This document shows, in pieces, positions 9,032 through 19,091 of a stretch of 64,000 nucleotides of DNA. Within the stretch, counting starts at the first letter, position 1, and the number at the start of each line of letters is the position of its first letter. Source of the DNA: Candidatus Melainabacteria bacterium 17Bon1m (GTDB lineage Bacteria > Cyanobacteriota > Vampirovibrionia > Obscuribacterales > Obscuribacteraceae); NCBI GenBank assembly GCA_032128875.1, contig JAVLKG010000001.1:1081453-1145452 (forward strand), in the 5' to 3' direction. The translations under genes were made by a program, and so were the position numbers. Under the pieces are notes generated by a model. The model had not been told where the DNA came from, searched no databases, and saw only the letters and a program-made list of their open reading frames with translations.

Positions 9032-9952
9032 ATGCTGGCACTGCTAATTAAGAGAATGTTGACTGCCATACCGGTACTGCTGGTAGTGGCGACGCTAACT
9101 TTTTTTCTTATGCGTCTGGTGCCGGGCGGACCTTTTGACGCTGACAAAAACCTGCCACCAGCCATCGTTGCCAACTTGAATGCGAAGTATCAATTGGACA
9201 AACCGGTTGCTCAACAGTACGTTACTTATCTCTCCAGAGTTGTGCGAGGCGATCTAGGTATTAGCTACAAGTATCTAAATAGAACGGTTCGCGACATTCT
9301 CGGTGAAGCGATGCCTGTTTCTATCCAGCTTGGTTTCACAGCCCTTGTCCTTGCTGTTCTCATCGGTGTACCTCTAGGCACAATCGCTGCCGTCAACCGT
9401 GGATCATGGATAGACGTAACAGCCATGTTTCTTTCCACCGCGGGTATTTCTGTTCCGGGCTTTGTCATCGGTGCATTTTTGATCTTCATCTTCGGTGTTT
9501 GGTTGAAAGTCTTGCCCGTTGCGCTTTGGGAAACACCCTGGCACATGGTCTTGCCCTCATTGACTTTGGCCTTCTCCCCGGCAGCATACCTGGCGCGTTT
9601 GACGAGGGCTAGCGTACTTGAAGTTCTGGAAAAAGACTGGGTGCGAACAGCAAGATCGAAAGGACTTTCACGTTGGGCGACGGTGATGAAACATACTTTG
9701 CGCAATGCTTTGGTTCCTGTTGTAACGGTACTTGGTCCTCTGACCGCGATATTGATCACTGGTTCGTTCGTTGTCGAATATCTGTATGCAATCCCTGGCA
9801 TGGGGCGCTTCTTCGTGACGGCGGTTACCAACCGCGACTACGATTTGATTATGGGAACAACTCTGGTTTTTGCAGCGCTTCTGATTGTCACTAATGCGAT
9901 TGTCGATGTCGCTTATCAAATTCTTGATCCACGCATGAAGGTGGAGGGATAA
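9032..9952 (+). CDS. oppB: Oligopeptide ABC permease
   Basis: LVPGGPFD, RTARSKGL (EAA loop), HTLRNAL, ITGSFVVE, LDPR; ORF track start 8966. Confidence 0.92.
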   Translation: MLALLIKRMLTAIPVLLVVATLTFFLMRLVPGGPFDADKNLPPAIVANLNAKYQLDKPVAQQYVTYLSRVVRGDLGISYKYLNRTVRDILGEAMPVSIQLGFTALVLAVLIGVPLGTIAAVNRGSWIDVTAMFLSTAGISVPGFVIGAFLIFIFGVWLKVLPVALWETPWHMVLPSLTLAFSPAAYLARLTRASVLEVLEKDWVRTARSKGLSRWATVMKHTLRNALVPVVTVLGPLTAILITGSFVVEYLYAIPGMGRFFVTAVTNRDYDLIMGTTLVFAALLIVTNAIVDVAYQILDPRMKVEG

Positions 9953-10852
9953 ATGACGGCATCTCTGAATGCACCTGCGCCCGAACCTGTAAAAGCCGTC
10001 TCCCGTGTGGAGTTAGCATTCACCCGTTTAAAGAAAATCCCCAGTGCTTACATTGCATTTTGGGTCGTCTGTCTCATTTGTCTGTTGGCGATTTTGTCAG
10101 CTTTTGGTGTTCCACTTTCACCTTATTCGTTCGATCAAGCTACCGATGATTTGCTAGTCGCTCCGTCGCTAAAACACATCATGGGCACCGATGAATTGGG
10201 GCGCGACCTCTTCGCCAGAGTCATCTACGGTTCTCGACTTTCCATTGCAATTGGTTTTGTGACGGCGGGAGTCGCATTTATTTTGGGAACCACATATGGT
10301 GCTATCTCAGGCTACTGTGGAGGCAAGGTCGACACGCTCTTGATGCGTGGCGTTGACATTGCATATTCACTGCCTGACTTGCTTGTAATGATTTTGGTAG
10401 GTGTTCTAGTCGGCAAAGGAACCTTCGGAATTCTCTTTGCGCTTGGACTCGTAAGTTGGATGGGCACTGCTCGTCTGGTACGCGCGCAACTGCTTCAGCT
10501 TAAGGAGGAAGAATTTGTCGAAGCCGCAAGAGCCGCTGGGCAAGATGGTTTTTCCATAGTTATGAAACATTTGCTGCCCAACGCAATGGGGCCGATTATC
10601 GTCGCTCTCACCTTTACAGTTCCTTCTGCCATTTTGTCCGAGTCCACCTTGAGTTTCATAGGTTTGGGTTTGTCGGCACCCGAATGTAGTTGGGGAACTC
10701 TTGCCAGTGACGGCTGGCGCTCGCTGCGCTCTTATCCGCATCTTCTCGGCTTCCCAAGTTTGTTCATCTTTCTCACGGTTCTATCTTTTAACTGCCTGGG
10801 CGACGGACTGCGTGATGTTCTCGATCCCCGCACAAGACTGTTCAAAGGCTAA
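9953..10852 (+). CDS. oppC: Oligopeptide ABC permease
   Basis: HIMGTDELGRDLFAR, EFVEAARAAG, ESTLSFIGLG, GDGLRDVLDPR. Confidence 0.93.
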   Translation: MTASLNAPAPEPVKAVSRVELAFTRLKKIPSAYIAFWVVCLICLLAILSAFGVPLSPYSFDQATDDLLVAPSLKHIMGTDELGRDLFARVIYGSRLSIAIGFVTAGVAFILGTTYGAISGYCGGKVDTLLMRGVDIAYSLPDLLVMILVGVLVGKGTFGILFALGLVSWMGTARLVRAQLLQLKEEEFVEAARAAGQDGFSIVMKHLLPNAMGPIIVALTFTVPSAILSESTLSFIGLGLSAPECSWGTLASDGWRSLRSYPHLLGFPSLFIFLTVLSFNCLGDGLRDVLDPRTRLFKG

Positions 10853-10976
10853 ATATGGTGGGCTTCGCAAGTGCGAAGAGAGATGACTTGTTGAGGGAGT
10901 GGATTCCTAACTCAACATGCCGTATTGCAGCGGGGGCGCGGCTCCGGGGTGAAACTAAGGACAATGGCTAATAATT

Positions 10977-11004
10977 TGGTTTTTCAGCCATAAATAAAGG
11001 GTAC
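10977..11004 (+). promoter_or_regulatory. Putative SigB/SigF-type promoter
   Basis: TGGTTT-N16-GGGTAC, ~45 nt upstream of ATG 11048. Confidence 0.6.
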
Positions 11005-11047
11005 ATGGAATAACGTGAGTGTGGATTCAGGGGAGGGTGTGCTCGAA

Positions 11048-11896
11048 ATGACGCGCCACGGCAGACTGCCGAGAATTTTTAGCCGAGCAGCTTTATTGAC
11101 TTTGGCTCTGGTACTGCCTTTTATAGCGTCCGTTGCACCGGCGCAGGCTGATGACAAGGGTTGGGTCCTGACCCAGAAGAGTCTGATGATGGGCGACATG
11201 TATTTATATGTCAGTCCCTCGGGCTTCAAGTTCGTCAATCCCAAAGCTGGAGTCAACTTCGTCACCCGTTCTCCGAACTGGGACGTGATTATGTTCAACG
11301 ACCGCACCAAAGTCTGCTATTCGGCAACCCTGGACACTTTTAAAAAACAGGTCACAGCAAATCTGCCCCAGCGCCGATCGGAGCTGGGCGCTGCCAATTG
11401 GCAAAAAGGCTCCGTGTCCAATATCGCAAATCTAAGAGCCACTCAGTATGTGATGTCGGACGCTGCAGGCGTGCAAGCGCGAGTCGCTGCCAGAAAGGGC
11501 CAGCGCGTGCAGCAGCATCTCAAGGGGGCAGATTATTGGGTGTGCGAGGAGATTCAAGTACCTCCACAGTTGGCTGATTTGATTTCCAGCATGTACGGGT
11601 TGCCTAATACATTGAATGTGCCGCTCCGGTTGAGCGTCACGACCGCCGAGCAGGGCACCAAAATGCAACTTGATACTTATCGCTCTCAAGCGTGTCCAAT
11701 TCCGATATCTTATTATTCGATGCCTAGCGGCTATCGTCCGGTGAAGAGCAGCGTTGAAGTGATGGCTGACGAGGATACCAAGCAAATTATTGATGATATG
11801 GCTAAAGACCTCAGCAATGAAGGCGGAGGGAATAACAACAAGCCGATTACGAATGAAGACCTGGACCGCTTCCTGAATAAGTTCAAGAAGCGCTAA
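11048..11896 (+). CDS. Hypothetical secreted protein
   Basis: Signal peptide ending APAQA; GGGAGG upstream; no family recognised. Confidence 0.75.
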   Translation: MTRHGRLPRIFSRAALLTLALVLPFIASVAPAQADDKGWVLTQKSLMMGDMYLYVSPSGFKFVNPKAGVNFVTRSPNWDVIMFNDRTKVCYSATLDTFKKQVTANLPQRRSELGAANWQKGSVSNIANLRATQYVMSDAAGVQARVAARKGQRVQQHLKGADYWVCEEIQVPPQLADLISSMYGLPNTLNVPLRLSVTTAEQGTKMQLDTYRSQACPIPISYYSMPSGYRPVKSSVEVMADEDTKQIIDDMAKDLSNEGGGNNNKPITNEDLDRFLNKFKKR

Positions 11897-11911
11897 ACGA
11901 GGAGAAATTTT

Positions 11912-14164
11912 CTGAACCTGCAGCGAGTAAATCTCAAGCTTTCTCACAAGGGACTGATTCTGGTTTCGGTACCTCTGCTGTTTGAGTTGATCTTCTTGCT
12001 CACTCTGACAATGCTCTTGAGGCAGGCGGAAATTGAGGTTCAGCGCCAGATTCGTTCGAAGGCGATCATCTCCCAGGCTAACACTCTCTCGAAACTTTTC
12101 TACGACGCCGGTGTGGCGATGGGTGGATATTCAATCACCAAATCGCCATTGTTCAGCGACCGCTATGACAAGATTGTGCGCCAGATTCCGCAGGATCTTA
12201 ACGAACTGAAGAGCTTGGTTGGCGACAATCCCAGACAGCAAAAGATTCTGGAAAACCTTGCCGATATCACGGTTACCGGTTTGAAAATCCTTGGTGAAGC
12301 AAAAGCGGCGATTGACGACAACCGCGTCGACGTAGCGCAATTCCGCGCCCGGCATATGTACAAGGAAATCCGTTCGCTGGCTGACCGACTGCAAGACGAA
12401 TTGCGCGGATTGACCGAAGACGAACGGAAAATAGAAAGTGAATCGCCCGAAGTTCAAAACAGAAACAGAGCAACAGTAAAGTTATTCCTTGTAGTCGGCG
12501 TAGTCTTCAACATCTTGCTGGCAGTAGCCCTTGCCCTTTTCTTCAGCCGCGGGATCGGCCGCCGTTTGAATGTTCTTACAGACAACTCAATTCGCTTGGC
12601 TCGTGGCGAACCGCTCAATCCGCCGCTTACAGGCGGCGATGAAATCGCTCACTTGGATGGTGTGTTCCACAGCATGGCCGACGCGCTCACTGAAGCATCG
12701 CGTAAAGAGCGCGCCGTTATCGAAAATTCCGCCGACGTAATCTGCTCGATTGACATCGACGGCAAATTCGTAGCCGTCAGCCCTGCATCTATGACGATGT
12801 TCGGCTTCTCGCCAGACGAGCTGATGGGCAAGCGTTTTATCGATTTGATTATCCCTGAGGACGTACAAGAAACCATCAAAGCTGTTCGCGCCATCCGCGC
12901 AGAGCAAGCAACGATGAATTTCGAAAACCGTATCAAACGGAAGGATTCGTCGACAGTTACGGTGTTGTGGTCAGCTTACTGGTCGGAATCAGAGCGTTCG
13001 ATGTTCTGCGTCGCGCACGACATCACAGAGCGGAAATTGGCTGAAGAAGCCACAAAAGCCTCTGAAAAGAGAATCAGAACAATCATCGAAAACATGCTTG
13101 TCGGTTTGATTATCATCAGTCCGGATGGCATCATCGAATCTGTAAACCCGCGCACAGAGCAAATCTTTGGTTTTACATCCAGCCAGATGGTCGGTCGACA
13201 TTTGATGTCGCTGTTCACAGAAGCAAGGCTTTATTCGATGAACAGCCGCGAGGATCTGCAGAAGTTTATGGACAATATGTTCCATAAAGCGCTTAACAGA
13301 GTAGGTGAATTCGACGCGTTAAAACAGACGGGAGAAGACTTCCCGATCGAGCTTTCGCTCTCTGAGTTCAACATGGCAGATGGTCGTTTTTACTTGGCGA
13401 ACATTCTCGACGTTTCTGAAAGACGAGAAGTAGAGCGCTTGAAGAAAGAATTCGTATCTACAGTTTCTCACGAACTGCGTACTCCGCTCACATCCATCCG
13501 TGGTTCTCTCACCCTCCTCAACGTTGGCGCGTTGGGCGCTTTGCCCGATCAAGCCATGAAGGTAGTGAACATTGCGGAAAGAAACACGATTCGTTTGATC
13601 GGCCTTATCAACGACATTCTCGATATCGAAAAACTCGAATCCGGAAAAATGGACATGGTCTTCCAGGATGTTGAACTCAACTCGGTTCTTGATCGTTCGT
13701 ACGAATCGGTGAAGACTTTCGCCGACAACAATGGCGTTGTCCTTGAAATGGTTCCTTCCACCATTCGTGTAAACGCAGACGGAGACCGACTTGTACAGGT
13801 TATCGTCAACTTGATGTCCAACGCCTGCAAATTCTCACCCAAGGGTGCGACCGTCACAGTGCGGGTGGATGAGATTCCAAACTGGATCGAAGTGAAGGTA
13901 ATCGACCGTGGACGTGGTATCCCGGCGAAATTCAAAAACCTTCTTTTCCAGCGATTCCAACAGGTCGAAGCCTCTGACGCCAAGCGAAAAGGTGGTACCG
14001 GTCTCGGTCTTGCCATTTGCAAAGGTATCATCGAGGCACACGGCGGCACAATCGGTGTAGATTCAGAAGAAGGCAAAGGCTCCGTTTTCTGGTTCCGCAT
14101 TCCGCCCGCTCAAGCAGGGTCCAAAGTCGTTGTCCCGGGCGAGAAGGAAAAGATGGTTTCGTAG
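11912..14164 (+). CDS. Membrane sensor histidine kinase (periplasmic helical sensor, HAMP, 2 PAS, HisKA, HATPase)
   Basis: VSHELRTPLTS H-box, NLMSNACKF, DRGRG, GGTGLGL, GDEIAHL HAMP; start extended to CTG 11912 behind AGGAG (ORF track 11987). Confidence 0.92.
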   Translation: MNLQRVNLKLSHKGLILVSVPLLFELIFLLTLTMLLRQAEIEVQRQIRSKAIISQANTLSKLFYDAGVAMGGYSITKSPLFSDRYDKIVRQIPQDLNELKSLVGDNPRQQKILENLADITVTGLKILGEAKAAIDDNRVDVAQFRARHMYKEIRSLADRLQDELRGLTEDERKIESESPEVQNRNRATVKLFLVVGVVFNILLAVALALFFSRGIGRRLNVLTDNSIRLARGEPLNPPLTGGDEIAHLDGVFHSMADALTEASRKERAVIENSADVICSIDIDGKFVAVSPASMTMFGFSPDELMGKRFIDLIIPEDVQETIKAVRAIRAEQATMNFENRIKRKDSSTVTVLWSAYWSESERSMFCVAHDITERKLAEEATKASEKRIRTIIENMLVGLIIISPDGIIESVNPRTEQIFGFTSSQMVGRHLMSLFTEARLYSMNSREDLQKFMDNMFHKALNRVGEFDALKQTGEDFPIELSLSEFNMADGRFYLANILDVSERREVERLKKEFVSTVSHELRTPLTSIRGSLTLLNVGALGALPDQAMKVVNIAERNTIRLIGLINDILDIEKLESGKMDMVFQDVELNSVLDRSYESVKTFADNNGVVLEMVPSTIRVNADGDRLVQVIVNLMSNACKFSPKGATVTVRVDEIPNWIEVKVIDRGRGIPAKFKNLLFQRFQQVEASDAKRKGGTGLGLAICKGIIEAHGGTIGVDSEEGKGSVFWFRIPPAQAGSKVVVPGEKEKMVS

Positions 14165-14371
14165 AAGCAGGGCTGCGCCAGGGCAGCAGGTCGCTTTTGA
14201 AAGAGCCGGCGAACCGTATGACTTGTCTGCGTTTCCTGAATCTGCATTCTTAAGGACAAAGAGCTCCAAAACCCCGAATCTGTGGGGAATTATGGCGCTC
14301 AAAGTTTTTTGTTAGATCTGCAAAACCGGGTATATGAAAATTGTAGGCACGCGAGCGGGGCTGATATCAGC

Positions 14372-14737
14372 ATGAAAGTTCTCATCATCGATGACGAGGA
14401 AGACACACGCAGTATTGCCGCCATGAGCTTGAACATTCTCGGCGGACTTGATGTTGTGGAAGCGGAAAATGGCAAGGTTGGCGTCGAAAAGGCGGCAGCA
14501 GAGCAGCCTGACTGCATTTTGCTTGATTGCATGATGCCTGTGATGGATGGCGAAAGCACGCTTGCAGAGCTGCTCACCAACGAGCATACCAAAGGCATTC
14601 CGGTGATATTCCTCACCGCGAAAGCTATGACCAGTGAGATTGAGCGCCTAAAACGCTTGGGAGCAATCGGAGTTCTGACTAAGCCGTTTGACCCTACAGC
14701 GCTGGCAGGGCAAGTAAAAGCGCTACTGGGGAGATAA
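14372..14737 (+). CDS. Single-domain response regulator
   Basis: VLIIDDE, ILLDCMMPVMDG, FLTA, KPF. Confidence 0.92.
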   Translation: MKVLIIDDEEDTRSIAAMSLNILGGLDVVEAENGKVGVEKAAAEQPDCILLDCMMPVMDGESTLAELLTNEHTKGIPVIFLTAKAMTSEIERLKRLGAIGVLTKPFDPTALAGQVKALLGR

Positions 14738-14746
14738 GCCGGCTAC

Positions 14747-16405
14747 ATGCAAGAGTGGAAAGAGACATTCGGAGAACTGAAAGAGCAGTATGTCAGGCGC
14801 TCGTCGGAGCGGCTCGGCAAAATTGTCGAGATGGTGAGCCTTCTCATTGAAAACCCCAGCGACATCGAGACCGTCAAACAGTTGACCCGACATTTCCACT
14901 GGCTGGCGGGGTCCGGCACTATGTACGGCTATCCGGCTGTGTCGATGCTCGGCTCTGAAGGTGAATCTCACTGCGAGCAGGTTATACGAGGCACCTTGCC
15001 TCAAGCCGATGTAGACAGATTGAAAGCCCTTCTTCACGAGCTTTCTTTCCAATTCTCAGAACAGGACGCTCCTCCGGATACGGTGACCTTGAGCCCCAGC
15101 GCACCGCCGGAGCAAAAGCGTACTGAAAACGACATTCTTATTGTGGGCGAAGATCAAACCGATCTGCAAAACATGGCGCGCCTTGTCGAGGCGGAAGGCT
15201 ACCCTGTGCGCACAGCGCGCTCGATGTCTACTGCCGTTAACGAAATTCAGGCAGAGCTGCCGATTGGCGTAATCATTGAGATTCCACTGCCGGACGGCGA
15301 TTGCTATGAAATGGTTGAGCAGATTCGCTCCATGAATGGCGGCGACGAGCCGGCGATCATTATATTGTCGAAGCGAACCGGCTTCCTCGATAAAGTCCGC
15401 TCAATTCACTGCGGTGCCGACTCGCACTTTGAAAAGCCTATTGATACAAAGGCAATGTTGCGGCGTCTGCGCTATTTGCTGGATAAGCACAAGAAAGAAG
15501 TCGTCAAAATTTTGTCCGTGGAAGACGATCCAGATCAAGCCGCCTTCATTCGAGCTTTCTTGGAGTCTGCCGGATATCAGGTTCGTACTGTCACTGATCC
15601 AAAACACTTCGAGTCTGCTTTGTCGCAGTTCCAGCCGGATCTCGTCCTCCTTGATGCGATGTTGCCGGGTGTCACCGGTTATGAGTTGGCTCGCTTCATC
15701 AGGCAAGACGAGCGCTATGCCACGTTGCCGGTTCTGTTCCTGACGACGCAGGGACACCTGGAGGCGCGTATCGAATCTGCCAGAGCCGGCGGCGACGACC
15801 ACCTCGTAAAGCCGGTTCCGCCGGCGCTTTTGCTCTCTGCTGTTTCGTCTCGCATCGAACGTTCTCGCTTTCTGAAAACTCTCTTGCACCGCGATGGTTT
15901 GACCAGCATGCTGAATCACTCGGCATTCATGGACCAGGCTCAGCGTGTCATTGCCGAAAGAAAGCGCCGCAACGAACATACAGCACTGATTGTTGTGGAC
16001 GTCGATTATTTCCGGTCGATTAACGAACGCCACGGATACCCAGGCGGAGACAAGGTTCTACAGGCACTTTCGTTGCTCTTGCGCAGGCGTGTCAGGCAGT
16101 CTGACATTCTTGGTCGCATCGGTGGAGATGAGCTAGCTGTCATTGCCGAAGGGCTTGAAGAGACAGAAGCCGTCACTTTGGCGAGCCGATTGATCTCTGA
16201 TTTCCAAGGAATCAGTCACACTACACCATCGCATGTCGGTTTTTATGCCACCTTGAGCGCAGGCGTTTGCATGCTCGATCCGAAAACTATGGATCTCGAA
16301 GGTTGGATGGGCGAGGCGTACAAAGCGCTCAAGCAGGCTAAAGACTCCGGTCGAAATTGCGCCGTAGCTGCACCAAGCAATCGCAATCAGCCCGTAAGCA
16401 AATAG
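14747..16405 (+). CDS. Hpt-REC-REC-GGDEF diguanylate cyclase-type response regulator
   Basis: FHWLAGSG (Hpt), atypical REC (IIEIPLP), canonical REC (LLDAMLP), DGLT, RQSD I-site, GGDEL. Confidence 0.88.
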   Translation: MQEWKETFGELKEQYVRRSSERLGKIVEMVSLLIENPSDIETVKQLTRHFHWLAGSGTMYGYPAVSMLGSEGESHCEQVIRGTLPQADVDRLKALLHELSFQFSEQDAPPDTVTLSPSAPPEQKRTENDILIVGEDQTDLQNMARLVEAEGYPVRTARSMSTAVNEIQAELPIGVIIEIPLPDGDCYEMVEQIRSMNGGDEPAIIILSKRTGFLDKVRSIHCGADSHFEKPIDTKAMLRRLRYLLDKHKKEVVKILSVEDDPDQAAFIRAFLESAGYQVRTVTDPKHFESALSQFQPDLVLLDAMLPGVTGYELARFIRQDERYATLPVLFLTTQGHLEARIESARAGGDDHLVKPVPPALLLSAVSSRIERSRFLKTLLHRDGLTSMLNHSAFMDQAQRVIAERKRRNEHTALIVVDVDYFRSINERHGYPGGDKVLQALSLLLRRRVRQSDILGRIGGDELAVIAEGLEETEAVTLASRLISDFQGISHTTPSHVGFYATLSAGVCMLDPKTMDLEGWMGEAYKALKQAKDSGRNCAVAAPSNRNQPVSK

Positions 16406-16443
16406 TTTAGTAAAGTTTGCAATGCCGCTTGCAACCAATTGTA

Positions 16444-16524
16444 GGCTTTGCAGTCCTTCCGGTTCTTGCGGTTCTTTTGGTCCTTGCAGTCTTTTCAGTG
16501 TTTTCGTACTTTGCAATTCTTCTT
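16444..16524. repeat. Imperfect 9-nt tandem repeat (~9 units)
   Basis: ggctttgca gtccttccg gttcttgcg gttcttttg gtccttgca gtcttttca gtgttttcg tactttgca attcttctt. Confidence 0.6.
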
Positions 16525-16652
16525 CCGTTTGAGTAAAACATTCTGGTACTAAATACGGTGCTGCATATTTGTGTTTCGGACTTGGGTTAAACGTGTGAAA
16601 CTTCTGACAAAACCTCGTAGAATATTGCTTTCACTGGCGAAGACGGCAAACT

Positions 16653-17759
16653 GTGGCTGACAACGCGGCAAATTCCGTTCATAAGAACGCAGGCATCTCG
16701 ATTCTCGGCGCCGGAAGCTGGGGAATGACCCTGGCGTGGCTGCTTGGAAATGCAGGTCATGATGTAATTCTTTATACGCGCAGTCAGGAGAAGGCGAAGC
16801 GTTTGACTGCCGAGCGCACAGTTACCGAGCCTGTGAAAGTCGAATTGCCTGCCTCTCTCAAGGTGACATGTGACCTGGAAGAAGCTGTCAAAGCCGAGCG
16901 GGTAATAATTCTGGCGTGTACGTCTCAGACTGTTCGCGAATTAGCTACCGCTGTGCACCGCGTGCTCGAGGCCTCGCCATCCACGACACCGCCTGTTGTA
17001 GTGAGCGCCGTCAAGGGGTTGGAACTCGAGACTCTTAAGCGAATGTCTGAGGTTATTGCCGAGAGCATTCCGAACGCCAATGTCTGTTCGCTTTCCGGTC
17101 CCAATCTTGCCGACGAGATCTTGATGGGTATGCCTGCCGCGACAGTCGTTGCCTGCGAAGAGGCGGAGGTGGCAGCCTTTGTGCAAAGTGTTTTGACCTC
17201 AAAAAGATTTCGCGTCTATACCAATACTGACATCGTCGGCGTCGAGCTGGGCGGCTCGCTCAAAAACATCATTGCGATTGCCGCCGGTGTGTCTGACGAA
17301 TTGCACTTGGGTGCCAATTCGAAAGCTGCACTTTTAACGCGAGGCTTGGCTGAGATGACAAGATTGTCTGTCACTCTGGGCGGGCAAGGCTCAACGATGG
17401 CTGGGCTGGCGGGTATGGGCGACCTCTTTGCCACGTCTGCTGCCGTGACATCGCGCAACTACCGGCTGGGCACTGCCATCGCCAGGGGCGCTACTGCCAA
17501 GGAGGCGGAAGCCTCACTGGGCGTAGTTGCTGAGGGGGTGGCGACGACGTTTGCCGTTTGTGAACTTGCAAAACGGCTCAATCTGGACCTTCCCATCGCT
17601 TCGGCTGTGGAGTCGATGCTCTTAGGTAAAACTACGCCGGAAGGCGCGATAATGACTCTGATGTCCAGACCGCCGGTTTCTGAAGCCAGATCTTCCAAAG
17701 ATAACGAGAAGACTGGTCGCACCGGCGGACAAAGTGTCAACAGCATCATCGGTGGCTAA
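16653..17759 (+). CDS. gpsA: NAD(P)H-dependent glycerol-3-phosphate dehydrogenase
   Basis: GAGSWG, KGLE, LSGPNLA, GVELGGSLKNIIAIAAG, GLAGMGDL, SRNY, VAEGV. Confidence 0.95.
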   Translation: MADNAANSVHKNAGISILGAGSWGMTLAWLLGNAGHDVILYTRSQEKAKRLTAERTVTEPVKVELPASLKVTCDLEEAVKAERVIILACTSQTVRELATAVHRVLEASPSTTPPVVVSAVKGLELETLKRMSEVIAESIPNANVCSLSGPNLADEILMGMPAATVVACEEAEVAAFVQSVLTSKRFRVYTNTDIVGVELGGSLKNIIAIAAGVSDELHLGANSKAALLTRGLAEMTRLSVTLGGQGSTMAGLAGMGDLFATSAAVTSRNYRLGTAIARGATAKEAEASLGVVAEGVATTFAVCELAKRLNLDLPIASAVESMLLGKTTPEGAIMTLMSRPPVSEARSSKDNEKTGRTGGQSVNSIIGG

Positions 17760-17777
17760 GGAGAACGAAAGTAATCT

Positions 17778-19028
17778 ATGACTGACAAACGCCTGCTCAT
17801 GCTCTCCTGGGAATACCCGCCGCGCATCATTGGCGGTTTGGCTCGTGTGGTTGAGGCTCTGTCTCGCCAGCTGGCTAATGACAAATGGGAAGTGCATGTG
17901 GTCACCGCGGACCACCCAGGCACTCCCGAACACGAAGTTATGGACGGTGTCCATGTGCACCGCGTGAAAAACCAAACAGACATGACCCCAGATTTTCTTA
18001 CCTGGGTGAATCGTTTGAATTTCGGCATGTTGCAGCACGCAATTCAATTGCATCGCAAACATCCGTTTTCAATCGTACACGCACATGACTGGATGGTTAC
18101 TGATGCCGCCTGGACGATCAAGTCAGGATGCGGCATTCCGATGGTTGCCACCATGCACGCTACCGAAGCAGGTCGCATGCATGGAATTCACAACGATCTC
18201 AATCGCTACATTCACCAAATGGAATGGCGTCTCACTTTCGAATCGTGGGAAGTTATCGTCAACAGCCACAGCATGCACGCAGAGCTGCAGCGCCTCTTTG
18301 GCGTTCCTAAAGACAAGATAGTTGTTATTCCGAATGGAACCGATCCGGATACTTTCAATTTCGACTTTGATCCGTATCCGATGCGCAGCCAATACGCAGG
18401 CGAACACGATCAGGTTATTTTGTATGTCGGCAGATTGGTAAATGAAAAGGGTGTGCAAATCCTTTTGGATGCCGCTCCCAAGATTATTTCCGCCTGTCCC
18501 GGGGCGCGCTTCCTGATTGTTGGAACAGGCTATTACATGGATCACTTGAAGAATCAGGCACGTTCTCTCGGTATCGACAATTACGTTCGATTCCTTGGTT
18601 ATGTGGATGATGATTCACTGAAGAAGTTCTTCAAGATCTCGGATGTAGTCTGCATACCAAGTTTATATGAGCCTTTCGGCATTGTTGCGTTAGAAGGTAT
18701 GGCAGCAGGCAAACCGGTCGTGACTTCCGACACCGGTGGTTTGACTGACTTTGTAGAGCACGGTGTAACCGGCCTGACCACCTACACCGGTGACTCCAAC
18801 AGCCTCGCCTGGGGGATCATGGAGGTGCTTCGAAACCCTGAGTTGGCCCAGCGAATGGCGAAGGACGCATATGAGAAAGTTCAGCATATCTACAACTGGA
18901 AGGTGATTGCAAAACGCACTGAAGAGTTGTACGACAAAGTCATAGCTGAGGCCGCAGAAATTGGAACCGAGGGAGTTTCGTCCCGTCCGAAGGTTCCAGT
19001 GAGCGCTAGCAAACCGGCTGTTTCTTAG
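17778..19028 (+). CDS. Glycosyltransferase family 4
   Basis: SWEYPP..GGL, HAHDW, YVGRLVNEKG, PSLYEPFGIVALEGMA. Confidence 0.92.
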   Translation: MTDKRLLMLSWEYPPRIIGGLARVVEALSRQLANDKWEVHVVTADHPGTPEHEVMDGVHVHRVKNQTDMTPDFLTWVNRLNFGMLQHAIQLHRKHPFSIVHAHDWMVTDAAWTIKSGCGIPMVATMHATEAGRMHGIHNDLNRYIHQMEWRLTFESWEVIVNSHSMHAELQRLFGVPKDKIVVIPNGTDPDTFNFDFDPYPMRSQYAGEHDQVILYVGRLVNEKGVQILLDAAPKIISACPGARFLIVGTGYYMDHLKNQARSLGIDNYVRFLGYVDDDSLKKFFKISDVVCIPSLYEPFGIVALEGMAAGKPVVTSDTGGLTDFVEHGVTGLTTYTGDSNSLAWGIMEVLRNPELAQRMAKDAYEKVQHIYNWKVIAKRTEELYDKVIAEAAEIGTEGVSSRPKVPVSASKPAVS

Positions 19029-19091
19029 TGGCTTGCAATTGTTTTTGATTTGAAAAATGTCCCTTAGTTGAAAGATATGGAGGTCACAAAG

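Noticed and set aside
7307-10852. opp operon lacking oppD/oppF ATPases
   Set aside because: ATPases encoded elsewhere are common; not informative from one window.
10864-10918. Two hairpins after oppC
   Set aside because: Adequately explained as terminator or stability hairpins; no recognisable ncRNA motif.
14165-14240. GC-rich hairpins between the kinase and receiver genes
   Set aside because: Short stems only; no match to the REP family or to a riboswitch I can support.
17680-17759. GpsA C-terminal extension ending in GG, like a ubiquitin-type tail
   Set aside because: Low-complexity tail with no beta-grasp domain; probably coincidental.
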